Part shown: piece by piece, positions 23,901 through 35,337 of the stretch | Layout of the letters: every line of letters begins with the position of its first letter | Numbering within the stretch: the first letter of the stretch is position 1 | Assembly: GCA_964234715.1 (NCBI GenBank) | Contig: OZ174282.1 | Length of the DNA stretch: 64,000 nucleotides | Reading direction: 5' to 3' (one strand) | DNA from: Podarcis melisellensis | Lineage: Eukaryota | Notes under the pieces: model-generated | The model's input: only the letters and a program-made list of their open reading frames with translations | The model's database searches: none | What the model was told of the DNA's origin: nothing | Position numbers and translations under genes: made by a program

Positions 23901-24302
23901 CGTTTCTCTCAAGCCCAACCGACTGCTGGGAGGACTCAACAGCCACCAACTGCAGAGATGGCGGCCTACTCTCCTCTGGCCTCTTCGGCCTACCTGCTAG
24001 AGTCAGGGATTCTTCAGCAGTCATTGCCACTAGGAATGGTTGACCTAGATTCTTTTGCTGGACAAGGACTCCTCTGAGGTCCTGGGCCTGCCATGATTGA
24101 TTTCAGCTCCCCACTGCTCTGCTCACACCTTCCTCCCACAAACAGCAGCAAACCAGGCCTTAGCTGATACTCCTACTCTATCCCATAAATGCTTTGCAGC
24201 TGCATACCCTCCAACATGCCACAGAGGAAAATCCGGCTGTATGTCTTTTGGGGCTGCATGCCGTGTGAGTCACGTGACTCCCATAAGAACACAGCTCCGA
24301 AA

Positions 24303-24373
24303 AACTTACATCTTTTCAGAGCCAGATAACTCATGTGAGAGCATAACTTACATCTTTTCAGATCCAGATAACT
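24303..24373. repeat. 29-bp direct repeat, period 42
   Basis: AACTTACATCTTTTCAGA[G/T]CCAGATAACT at 24303 and 24345. Confidence 0.95.
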
Positions 24374-24878
24374 GGGGGGCCCCAAAAACGAGTGTCTTTG
24401 GGGGCTGAGATCTTGTGGAAGCCAAACAGGACATTCTGGGATCCAATCAGAAGCTGGGATGGCTTCCGTAATTCTGCGATGTCTCGCTTCAAGTGGGACA
24501 GTCGTGGGGAATGGCAGCTGACAGGGCTGGAACACCCAGCTGGACAGGTTTGCAGTCTTGGTAGCAAATGGCAGCAGGGAAAATGTTTTCTAATGCAGGT
24601 TTCCCCTTGGGGGAGCTGGGGGGGGGGGAGCTGCAACATTCCTTTGGGAATTTTTGTAGCCACAGCCATCTGTATTCATTCAGCTACTTGACAGCCCACA
24701 AATCCTGCTCCTGTACAAGAGGAAACGAAGGAGTTCCGATGCTGTACTTCATTTTAAAACTGGGCAGAGCTTGCTAAAAACTCTGGCCTAAACAGATCTG
24801 CAGACAGACAGATTCACCTTTTGATGATGCTGTGAACTGCCGACAGTGGTTGTCTACGCAGCATCTCAGTTCTGCTCC

Positions 24879-25005
24879 CATAAGAACATAATAGCAGCCC
24901 TGTTGGATCATGCAAATGGTCCAGCTACTCTTCCATAGTGTCCAGTTGGGTGACCCTCGGAATCCTACAAGCAGGACATGAAGACAACAAGCCCCCTCCT
25001 GCTTC
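24879..25005 (-). mobile_element. CR1-type LINE 3' end
   Basis: CATAAGAACATAA tail motif followed by GCCCTGTTGGATCA...CAAGCAGGACATGA. Confidence 0.65.
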
Positions 25006-26521
25006 TTGCCTCCCTGGAAACTCAGGCTCAGGAAAGAGACTAGCTCTTCATATGTCCCTATACACTGGCAGCATCCATAAGCGCGATGAGCTGGATATTG
25101 TGGGTGGTGGGTATCTTACTCCCCAGTCAGATGCTATGCACAAGATGCCATGTGTGGCTTTGGAGGATTGCTTTGTACAAAAAAGAAAACAGTCCAGCAT
25201 TCAGCTACAACCTTCCTCTGTACATCTAGGAAAAGAGGTCACAGCATGGCTTGTATGGGTGAATCCCAGACCCAATGGTGAGCTTTGCCACAAGTTCAAC
25301 AGCCACATTTGTCTGAAAAATGAATCTGAAAGGAATAGGCACCCTTCCACTGGGGAGACAAACTCTCGGAGGGGCTTGCACAAGCCCAGTTTCTACAGGA
25401 CAGGAATAGCAGCAACTGACCTTCCTAACATGGCATAGCTGAAGGGAGATATGAGGTTGCTGCCTGCCCTGAGGTTAAGATGAACTGGGCCATAAAACCC
25501 AACTTTTATACTTCAAATGTTTGTGCTCCTCCTCCATGAAGGAAAAAAGAGAGCAGTTTCCAGAACAGCAAAGTTGGTCCAGTTTAGGAGTAGAAAGAAT
25601 GCCTGCCGTGATCAGATTTACTGCTAGAAAGGAACATGCATGCATCATGGCAAGCCTGAAATGTGTCATTATGAAACATTTAACCAGTTTAAATCTCTCT
25701 CTCTCTCCCTTCTCTGATGCCCTTCTGAGTGTCTGCGATTTACAGCTCTCAGTCGATAATCAAGCCCAATAGCGTGGATGAAACTGACAATCAGAGGAAG
25801 CATCTAAATGAAACAGAATTGGAGTCACTTTCGAAAGATCCATTAAAGTAAAGAATTCTACTGAAGACTCTATGACAGCACTTATTAGAAACACCTCAGA
25901 GCAAGAATCAAACTGTGAACGGAATGGAAAATCTCAATGAGTGCTCAGAATTAATTAGGGAAAGTTTGGAAGAAGAGCTCCCTTGTAATCAGGGGAATAC
26001 CTATTTGGGGTTTGGCAGGGATGGGGCTCATTTCTTTCCATATGTAGTGCACCTTCCAAGGCTAACTGATTTGGAGGAAGCCCACCTGGCTTGCAAAGGC
26101 TGCTCTGGGAGCCATCAAACAGGGCTTGGACCCAGGCCCAGGCAACTGCCCTTGCTTCAAAGCCAGAACTGTTGCTTCTTGGCCAGAGGGCATCTCTGGA
26201 AAGCACTTGGGCCTCCCTCCTTGCTGAGTCCCCATCAGGCCATCTCCCCTCTCAGATAGCAGCACCTTTGCTTCCTTCCTCCCACAGCCCTTGGATAATT
26301 TCCCTGGCTATGGACTCCAGCCTGACCTCAGAATTGTGGTCTTGTCTTTGCAGGGAGCCACAATGTTCTTAGCTTCTCATATCTTAAAAGTGCCCTTGTC
26401 CCCTTCTGCATCTTGCCTGAGGCAGCCTTGTCTTGCCATCAGGGCCTTCTTGGACTGGCTCAGGTGAGATGAGGCTCAGGCTGGATACCAGCAGGCCAAG
26501 GCAAGAGTGGAGGCAGGAGGG

Positions 26522-26818
26522 CAGACCCTCCAAGTGTCCCTATTTTCCAGGGAGTTCTGGATTTACAGAAGCCATTCTGATTTGACCCTGGAATGTCCTA
26601 CTTTTCCTTAGGATGTCCCTATTTTCATCTGAGAAATGTTGGAGGCTATGGAGTTCTGTGACCCTCAAGTCACAAAGATGGAACTATACAAGCTTTAGTA
26701 GACATCTGAAGGCAGCTCTGTACAAGGAAGTTTTTAATGCTTAATGTTTTATTATGTTTTTATATATGTTACAAGCTGCCCAGAGTGCCTGGGGTATCCC
26801 AGTCAGATGGGCTGGGGA

Positions 26819-26865
<47 letters not shown>

Positions 26866-26922
26866 AGTAATAGAATAGAATAGAACATCCCTATTTTCAT
26901 TGGAGAAATGTTGGAGGGTATG
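26522..26922. mobile_element. Composite TIR element carrying an internal L2-type 3' tail
   Basis: Ends CAGACCCTCCAA / TTGGAGGGTATG; ~36-bp direct repeat at ~26616 and ~26888; between them lies an L2-like tail (AAGCTGCCCAGAGTGCCTGGGG...CAGATGGGC) with (TAA)n at 26821-26863. Confidence 0.85.
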
Positions 26923-27324
26923 GGTTCTGGCTGAATGCAGGGGCTCTGGCTTGGCTCTGTGGCCACACAGCTCCTATGTTGCTTCAGCAGGGAACAAACT
27001 GAACCTCACCCAGCCCTATGTGGCTGCAGCAGAACAGCTGTCTCCTAACCACAAGCCTGGCAGGCACTGGAAAGTTCTGCTTTGCTTAAAGGGCCCAGCC
27101 CTCTCCATTAGTCTCTTGCTGCAATGGAGTGGAGTCTCCGGTTGCAACGAGTCCTGCATGGAGCCTTCCAAGCCTGAGAATGGCATCCTCTGGCTGCAGG
27201 GTGAGGAGGAGGACACTGGCCCTGCAGGCTCCTCAGGTAGGAATGCTTCAGAGGGTGCCTACATACCCTTCCCCTTCTGCTTCAGAGTCTTACACTTCAT
27301 CACCTGAAGAGCACTCCCTCTCTT

Positions 27325-27353
27325 AGTACCAATTTGACCAGTACCAATTTGAC
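27325..27353. repeat. 15-bp tandem duplication
   Basis: AGTACCAATTTGAC(C) twice. Confidence 0.9.
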
Positions 27354-27774
27354 AAATCCGTATAACAAATATATTTAAGCAAGCACCTGCTCACTTCATT
27401 TTGTTTGTTTTATTATACAGTGTTTATATACTACTTCATTGTAATAAAACCCAAAAAGACTCATTTGACTACCACCACCACTTACTCCACCATGCTGGAG
27501 GCCAGGCCCTTCTATGGAAGTCCAGTTCCTTTTCTGAAGCATCTTAGCAGGGGCCCAAACCCTTGATGGTGCCTCTGGCTAGGTTTTGCCAGCAGGACCC
27601 CTAACCAGTTGGGGACAAACCAGACCATGCAAATGGCCCTCGGCTGCACTTCCTGATTGAATGGGGTGCACGTGGCAGAGTGGAAAAATGTCAGAAGTAG
27701 CTGCATGAGCATCGTTCAAAACCAGGTGTAAATCTAAATGATCCTGGGCACTCAGAGGATGGATTTGTCATTGG

Positions 27775-27915
27775 TTAGAAATATGGGTGAATCTGTAAAT
27801 TTCGGTTTCTCTCAGCTTTTCCTTTTTTGCAGATTTTTTAAAAAGAAGTCCTCATGAAAATTCATCAGTATTTTAGTGTGAATTTCTCTGAATTTATACA
27901 TTTTTGTTTGCAATG
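27775..27915. mobile_element. Degraded squamate DNA-transposon-like repeat fragment
   Basis: AATTTCGGTTTCTCTCAG...AAGTCCTCATGAAAATTC...TTTTAGTGTGAATTTCTC resembles a frequent lizard repeat (from recollection). Confidence 0.5.
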
Positions 27916-28899
27916 CTACCTACAATTTTACTGAGTGCAGGATGGAGGACTTGTGATGCATCATTGCTACAAATGTAAATGGGATGCAAAGCAGCCCCTG
28001 GTATGTTGTGACTGCTTCTTTGACCACTCTGAGCCGTTACAAATATCCACAACCATAAAGACAGGTAGAATTGCACACACCTGAATGACACCTTCTGCCT
28101 CCCTCAAATGGACCCGACTCCCCAGCTTGAATCTGTTTCTCAGTCAATTCCTCTTTAGCGGGGGTTACCTAAAGTTGACTTTGCCTCCCCATATCCTGCC
28201 TGGCCTGTTCCCTCAGGGTCACTTTGTGTTCTCAGGGAGTCAGGTGGGCCCAGATGCCTGGGATCTGGGATCTTTAGAAGCCTCGATTGCTGTAGCCAAT
28301 TCCTCGCCATTCTGGTTCAGGGAAAGTAATAGCATCTGCGGCAACGACCCAGGTCATTCTCAAAGCCACACAGAGACCCTGTGACCAGGCTCTGCAAGGC
28401 CTCTTGCCCGGGGTCTATACGAATAGCAAATGGATAGCCACCTCCTCTCCTGCTTAAAAGGAATGTGCTCAGGGACATGAAGGCCTGCCCTTTGATCCAA
28501 CTAGCCTCTCCTATTGCCTCTCTTTCACTGTGCAAAGGCACCCCCCCCCGACAACACACACACCCTCCCCACCAAAGCTTTGCCAACAGCTGGAGAATCA
28601 CCTCTTTAATTCTGACACACGAAGGATGGTGGAAGGCACCCACCAGTTCACCTGCCTCCTGGAATTCAAAGCAATTCTTTGAACGTGATAAAAGACCCTC
28701 TTCCTCTCCCCGTTCCTCTCGCCTCCTTGAAGCCTGCCCAGGCCCAGAAAACCAGGTCTCCCCAGCCCTTAGATCCCCGCCATCAAGGGGTTCATTTTCT
28801 GTTCAAAACATGGCAGCTTAAACAAACAAAATGAAACAGAAATACAAGAGGAGAATTATCAAAGGGAAAGGAAGAGCAAGAAATAAATGAGAAATAGGT

Positions 28900-29660
28900 G
28901 AGCGGGGGTCGAAGGCGACAAAGCGAGGCGCTTGACCCACCTGGAGAGCAGACCGGGCCATCGCGTCCGTCTTGGCCAATCATGCGAGCTTTGCAACGGG
29001 CAGGAAAATCCACATGGGTTCATTTGGCTGGAGAGGGTGGCTCATAAACCTTACAGTGCTGCTATGAAAGCTCTCCGAATCTCCCCACGTTTCCCCTTGT
29101 CATACCGTGGAGATTGGCTGCTGGAGAAGTGGTGTTGGTGGTGGGGCGGGCAGGCAGGAGGGGGATTGGACTGATGTGTGTTGTGGGGGATCAGCTGGTG
29201 GGGGGGAGAGGGATGGCCAGAATTATTTTTTTTTTTAAACTGCGTAAAGCGAACGAAGAAAACAGTTTATACCTTTAGGGTCATGTGAGGGAGCCACTGG
29301 CAAAGATATATGCAAGACAACAGCAAAAGAGGGAAGAGGGAGGGGGAGAATGAGTGCGAAGGAGAGAGGCAAAAGCTTTCTATTATTCGGGACATTGGTG
29401 ATGCACACGGAGGCAGTTGGAAGATTAAATTAAGTATTATATCTGCTGACCCAATTGCCATGGTTACCGGACAGCGGAAAATATTAATCAAGCCAAGCCT
29501 TTTCTGCTGAACATTCTGGGGGAGGCGGAGGTGGGTGGCGGGTGGGGGGGTGGAGAGAATGCTCAATATAAATATATACATATATATATATAGGCATTGC
29601 TCCGTCACACAAATGCTGTGGAGGAAGGCACCTGATATTGTCAAGATAAACCATTTAAAA
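28900..29660. promoter_or_regulatory. Candidate conserved non-coding elements
   Basis: CpG-retaining, repeat-free blocks with GATTAAATTAA, CCAAT, GATAA and TGTCAA words. Confidence 0.4.
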
Positions 29661-30327
29661 ATATTGCTGCTGCTGCTACTATTATTATTATTATTATTAT
29701 TCAGAGGAGAGCAGATGTCACTGCAGAAAGCTATGCTTGGAGGACAAAGATATGGCAGCCTCCAGCTCCTTCTTCCAGCTGTTTTTTAAAAAGTATTTAT
29801 TAATGGCAGCAAACTATGACATTTGGCTGATTGCAAAGGCAACGGCATCTCCAAGGCTCTTTGCATCCTTCCGCCCAGGAAACATCACTGCAGCTGAGTA
29901 TCCCTCCTGACAGGAAAGGTAGCAGCCTGGAGAAATAAATGATGGCCCAGGTAGACAATGAGCAAAGACCGGCTGGAGAAGGCTGCCTAGGTGTGTCTCC
30001 TGCCAGCTCCTTCGTGTGCAAGACTAAGCCTCTGTTGCTACCACATCCATCTGCAGCTGCTGCCATTGCACACAGAATGAGAGCCATGCATACCTTCAGG
30101 AATGGTCCGAGTCTCACAACTGAAGACTGAAGCTCTGGTTCCACCATGTTAAGAGATGTAGGAGCTTGGTGATGAATTTGAACCAGACGCTATCCTTTGA
30201 TAAGTTCATAGACAACTGCCGCCTTCCCTGTCTGTGCTTTCAAAATGGGGGTGAGAGCAGGGGTGGGGCATGAACCACTGAGCCCTGTAATTTACCTGAC
30301 AACAGCCACCATCTTGCTGCTACTCCG

Positions 30328-30346
30328 GGGCCAGCAGGTGGCACTG
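30328..30346 (+). promoter_or_regulatory. CTCF core motif
   Basis: GGGCCAGCAGGTGGCACTG matches the consensus CCASYAGRKGGCRS. Confidence 0.6.
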
Positions 30347-30507
30347 TAGCTTCATCTGCTTCTACTCCCAACTGGTGGTTAGGCCGAAACAGGAACTTCT
30401 TCTTGATTGGCTCATTCAGATTATTTAACTTCCTGAGTCACTGAGTCCTGGACCCTGGTTGGGCAGGGTCCAACCATTTTTTCCTTTACCTTCCTTCTAG
30501 TGTAAAG

Positions 30508-30675
30508 CAGAAGAGTTCCCATGTCAGAGCAGACCAAGGGCCTATCTGACCTAACTCCCCTGCTCCCAACAGAGACCAGTCAGATCCCTCTGGGAAGCTC
30601 ACAAGCAGATGAGCCAGCTGCCCCTCTGCCCCAGTTATCTGAACATGGAGGTTCCACTTATATGTCGTGGTTAAT
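30508..30675 (-). mobile_element. Degraded CR1-type LINE 3' end
   Basis: CAGACCAAGGGCCTATCT...CAGATCCCTCTGGGAAGCTCACAAGCAG...TCTGAACATGGAGGTTCCA, same family as 8265 and 24879. Confidence 0.55.
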
Positions 30676-31366
30676 TATTACAGATAGATGTATCCTCCTC
30701 CTCCTCTTCTATGTATGTGTCTAATCTTTACGTTGTCAGCAGGACAAAGCAAAATGCAGTATCAGGCATTCAGTGGTGTATGCCTGCATGTGAAGATGGA
30801 GGGTCTGTTGGTCTGGTTTAGACTCCTAAAATATGTAGAGCTCTCTTTTCTTAGTCATCTTGCCCAGCATCTTCCTCCAACAGTGTATAGCCTAAAAAAG
30901 ACCACAAGTAGGGCATGAAGGCCTCCCTGGCTGTCCTCATACACAGGATTTGGACCTCAGGAAGCAGGCAGCCTCTTCAACATATGCAAATGAGGAAGGC
31001 ATCTACTTAAAGAAGCATTCTTTTCGTACAGGCCTTCCCATATTAATTCAGTGTACCGTATTTTATTTTTCTCCACTGCTGGCATTTTGATCACTTGGAA
31101 ATTGTTTTTATCTTGTCTTTATGATATATTGCTTTTCTCTTTAATATACACTGGTTTGATATTTTCTAATAATAATTGGTTAAAAAGTCTAGCACAGAAA
31201 TGTGAACAGAAATTCAGCTCCCATCTCATCGTTCTCAGACTGTCTATCGGGGTTTCATAATCTTTTTGGCTGTAGATATTTTAAATGCTACTCTTTTGGT
31301 CTTTAGTTTTGTAAGGTACCAGAAGTAAGTGATTGCTTGATTCCAGGTGTTCCAAATGTTCTGAAA

Positions 31367-31525
31367 NNNNNNNNNNNNNNNNNNNNNNNNNNNNNNNNNN
31401 NNNNNNNNNNNNNNNNNNNNNNNNNNNNNNNNNNNNNNNNNNNNNNNNNNNNNNNNNNNNNNNNNNNNNNNNNNNNNNNNNNNNNNNNNNNNNNNNNNNN
31501 NNNNNNNNNNNNNNNNNNNNNNNNN
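31367..31525. other. Assembly gap (159 N)
   Basis: Run of N. Confidence 1.
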
Positions 31526-32689
31526 TTATTTTTCCTGTACTGAGATACTTTGGAAGGAAGGGCAGGATAGAAATCAATCAGTCAATCAATCAATTAAATA
31601 CCTGTGTATTTTAGCAACACAGCTGTTTCTGTAAATATACTTCTGATAAGCAGAAGCAAAAGTACTGTGTATTAAAGACAACACTTAAAAAGAGCATTGC
31701 TGCCTTTAAAAAAATTTAAAATTTTTAAAATTAAAAAATGTTAATAATAAATATTCATCATAAAATAAACAGAACTACTCTACTGTATTACACCTTGGGG
31801 CTCCAATAATGTCATCTGCAAAACACTCTTTCCAGAAATACCTCCAGAATTGTAGTCACCCTACTCCAAAGTATTTCCAAAATTGTTTAATTAAATCCTT
31901 GCTTGGTGGTGGGAAAACTGCCAGAGGACGTCACAAGAATATTGCCATTCAAAAACTGTGTTACATATTTCCTATGAATTAAATAACAAAAGGCAGTCTT
32001 TGCAATCCAGTGGAGTGAACAGCAGCTGGCATACTTAAGTCCCATGCAATGATGTGGTTGAAATGCACCAAATTCTGTCTTGGAATGTGGTCAGTAATTT
32101 TTAGTCAATCCATTGAAAAGCAGACTGCGCTAAGTCTCAGTCCAGTGGTGTTGTTCTCTCAAAGGAAATACTCTCCCCATTTATTCCTTGACCCAAGGGA
32201 AACTCATGAAGAAGCTGGAGACCTTCCCCTGCCCCCCCCCCAGTAGTTGCCAGCATCCTCTGTATTGCTGTCTGTTTACTGCTGAGTCTTGCTGCCAAGA
32301 TGGCAATCACCCCATCGCACCCAGCACCCTGATCCCTTGAGTCCTGCAATCTGGAGCTTCTTGGCTGTGCATTCTGGAGTGCCCAGACCCCTGAATCAGT
32401 GGCTGCTGCCTCTGCATAAGCCCTTCCCTTTGGCACTTCAGACATAACTCCTTCCTTCTTACCCCGGCAACTTACTCTGGATTCTCCTCCATCTGCCACC
32501 CTGCCCAGCTGCTTGTGGGATCCTCACAATCCTGCCCAAACGTGCCTCCTTCCCCTTGATCCAGCAACACCTCCCTCCCAGTTTGTCTGTTCCTGGCCCT
32601 GAGTCTTTGCTTTCTTCCACCCCACCAGCAGTAGCCCAGCCGGCCAGAGGCTCATGGGCAGTACCTGTCCGGCCAGTAATCCTTTCCTG

Positions 32690-32960
32690 CCTGGAAAATG
32701 ATTACCCTGCCATGGCCAGTGTGGACGGCTTAGGGCAGCTGTGTCATATAAATTGTCAGCAATGACCATAAGCACTCAGAGAAACACTTTAATTCTTCAC
32801 TCCCGCCACCGTGGGCTGATATATTCTTTCAAGGTCATTACCCAAGGCTAGGGGGGTCGCATGATAAACGAGTGACAGGCCCAATGAGGGACGGTGTGCC
32901 TGAGCAGGCCTTACATTAATTAGACAGAAGCGCTAGAGAGGAAAGGTGGCTGGGCCAAAG
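32690..32960. promoter_or_regulatory. Candidate conserved non-coding element
   Basis: CAGCTGTGTCA, TCAAGGTCA (NR5A/ERR-type), TGATAA, TGACAG and CATTAATTAG within 270 bp. Confidence 0.45.
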
Positions 32961-33699
32961 AAGGGGAGGGGGAGGGCTGGCCCAGGCTCTCTGGGATCTC
33001 TCACCCTTCCCTTCCCCTCCTGCAGGCCAGGAGACCAGTTGGCCTCCCTCCCTTGCCAGGTTTAGCAGCTTTACTTGTAAAACTACATATCAGATGTAAA
33101 CAATACTTCATTTCTGCTTTGCAAGGACCGGGGCATCCCTCTCTGCCTGTGTTCTGCTGGGTCTGCTACTTGCCCCCCACCCCTGCTTCACAGTGGACTA
33201 CAGAAGAGTAACTTGCAATGAATGACACATCCGAGAAACAGCAAAAATAAATTGCTCAAAGCCAAGGAAGAAAGGCGGCACCATGTGACATTTCTCGAAA
33301 GGCATTGTTGACAGGCCTGGTACAGCCACCCGCCTTGTTAGGTTGAAAGAGCAGTAAGAGAATTGCTGGGTCAGTTCACACACCCACATTTGTCACTTGG
33401 TGGCTACACCCTCAAGTATCAACTTGCACATCCAAATGAGGCATCCAGAACCTAAAGTAAATGTACAAGAACCTAAAGTACTGTACAAAATGTCTATGGG
33501 TAGAATCACCGCACACATTCAGCCAACACTCAGCACATGTTGAATAATCAAATTATGAGGAGTCTAGCGATGTTGGTGAATGTGTGAACTCACACACTGA
33601 ATCAGTTTTGTGTGGAAGCTGCTGGGTGCACCTGAGCACTTGGTTCCTTGAAACCAGAAGAGGGGGTCTGGATAATATCACATCTCCCCATGTTGAGCA

Positions 33700-33774
33700 A
33701 AAGATTCTTGTATTTCAGGGGGTTAGACTAGATGATCCTCGTGGTCCCTTCCACCTCTACAATTTGTGATTCTA
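33700..33774 (+). mobile_element. CR1 LINE extreme 3' end
   Basis: GGGGGTTAGACTAGATGATCCTCGTGGTCCCTTCCACCTCTACAATTTGTGATTCTA matches the canonical CR1 tail (GGTCCCTTCCAAC...ATTCTRTG repeats). Confidence 0.85.
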
Positions 33775-35092
33775 AAGATATAGAGCTCAGCCACCTCTGT
33801 TCCAGCTTTTTAATTGGGTGTTACTGCAGGTGTGAAGGGATCCTGGTTACAGCTGCTACCCTTTGGTGAAAAAGGCTCCCAGTTCGTACTGAACCATCGG
33901 TTGCATGTTGTATTTGGGGTGGGGTTGGAGATAGAGTGGAGCAGATGGGTGCAATCCCAAATAGCAACAAACAAAGCCACCAAGTAATGGTGCAATGGGC
34001 TGCACCTCTGGCCTCCCCTGCCCCCTGCCATCCACATTCACCCAACAGCACGTGCAGGAGTGAGGGGTCTTCCTGACTAGTGCAAGCCCTAGTGGGTGTG
34101 GATGGGTGTTCCTCCTTGGGTGCCCACCCATTGCTCCCCACTATGAGAAGAATGATTTGAGATGGCGAGCTGATTTTGTTCTTTATAAATCAACCGCTGG
34201 CTAGTCCTGAATCCAGCACTGCATCTGTTCCTTGCCTGGATCTGTGTACGCATATCAATGATTTCTTGATCTTCCTGCCCTTCGAGGTACAAGTGTAGGC
34301 AGACGTGTAAGGAAATATTTGGTGTGTGCCTGCGTGGGCGTATTAAAAGGGTTCTATGCTCTCGCTTTCTCTTCCTCGTTTTCTCTGGTTACTCTCGATA
34401 ATGCTGATTTTACTGCATAAAAAGAAAGCCCCCCAGAGCATTCGGCTCTTCCCACCCCCACCCCTGCCTGCCTTCAATTCCTCATAAAGCCTCTGGCCTT
34501 ACACTGCTGTTTATCACCTAAGGCAAACTCTCTCTCTCTCCCCTCCACCCAATCCCATTTCTTTAAATCTCTAAACCACAAGGCAGTGTGTGAGCAACAC
34601 CGTGGGTCAAAATATCAAAAGCCGGAGCTTTCTCCGGTTTCCTCGATAACACAAACCATAAAAGGAGGCAGTTGCCCTGACCTTAGCTGGTGATGCTGCA
34701 CGATGGTTCCCGGGCAGCCTGCACCCAGTCACACCGGCAGGTGATGGGACTGGCTGGGGCTCCAGCAGGTGTTAATGATGGAGAGGCAAGAGCAGAGGAT
34801 GAATCTCAACTGCAAGGAGGATGCAAGGACAGCATGGGATGGGTTTCATCCTGCAGACAGCACCAGAGAAAAAGCCGCCTAACCCCACAACCCAGGTATC
34901 ATTTCAGAAACTGTACGCCCCGTTCTGGTGTTCTCGAGGGCGAATGCATCAGAAACAGGAGGGAAGTAGGATGCAACCATTCACAACAGCCCCATCCTTT
35001 TGGACAGCAAAGGTTGCAGAACGGCAGCAGAAGAAGTTCAGTACAAATCTGAAAATGACTGGCCTGCTCTCAGCTTTGCAGCTTGGCTACAC

Positions 35093-35094
<2 letters not shown>

Positions 35095-35160
<66 letters not shown>
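35095..35160. repeat. (CT)33 microsatellite
   Basis: Perfect run read directly. Confidence 0.98.
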
Positions 35161-35165
<5 letters not shown>

Positions 35166-35278
35166 CCCCCCCCCCCACATAACAGTGGTTGTCCATTCCC
35201 ATCCTCCAGCCCACTCCAACTCCCCAAAATCAAGCATACATTTACAACTTTTGTTTCCCAATGTTTGGGGCGCCATGC

Positions 35279-35337
35279 CCCTTAGTGTATTTTATATATA
35301 CCCTTAGTGTATTTTATATATACCCTTAGTGTATTTT
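35279..35337. repeat. 22-bp minisatellite, ~2.7 copies
   Basis: Unit CCCTTAGTGTATTTTATATATA at 35279 and 35301, partial third copy at 35323. Confidence 0.95.

Noticed and set aside
24303-24373. CRISPR-like repeat-spacer-repeat
   Set aside because: Only two units with a 13-bp spacer, no cas genes, and the DNA is vertebrate.
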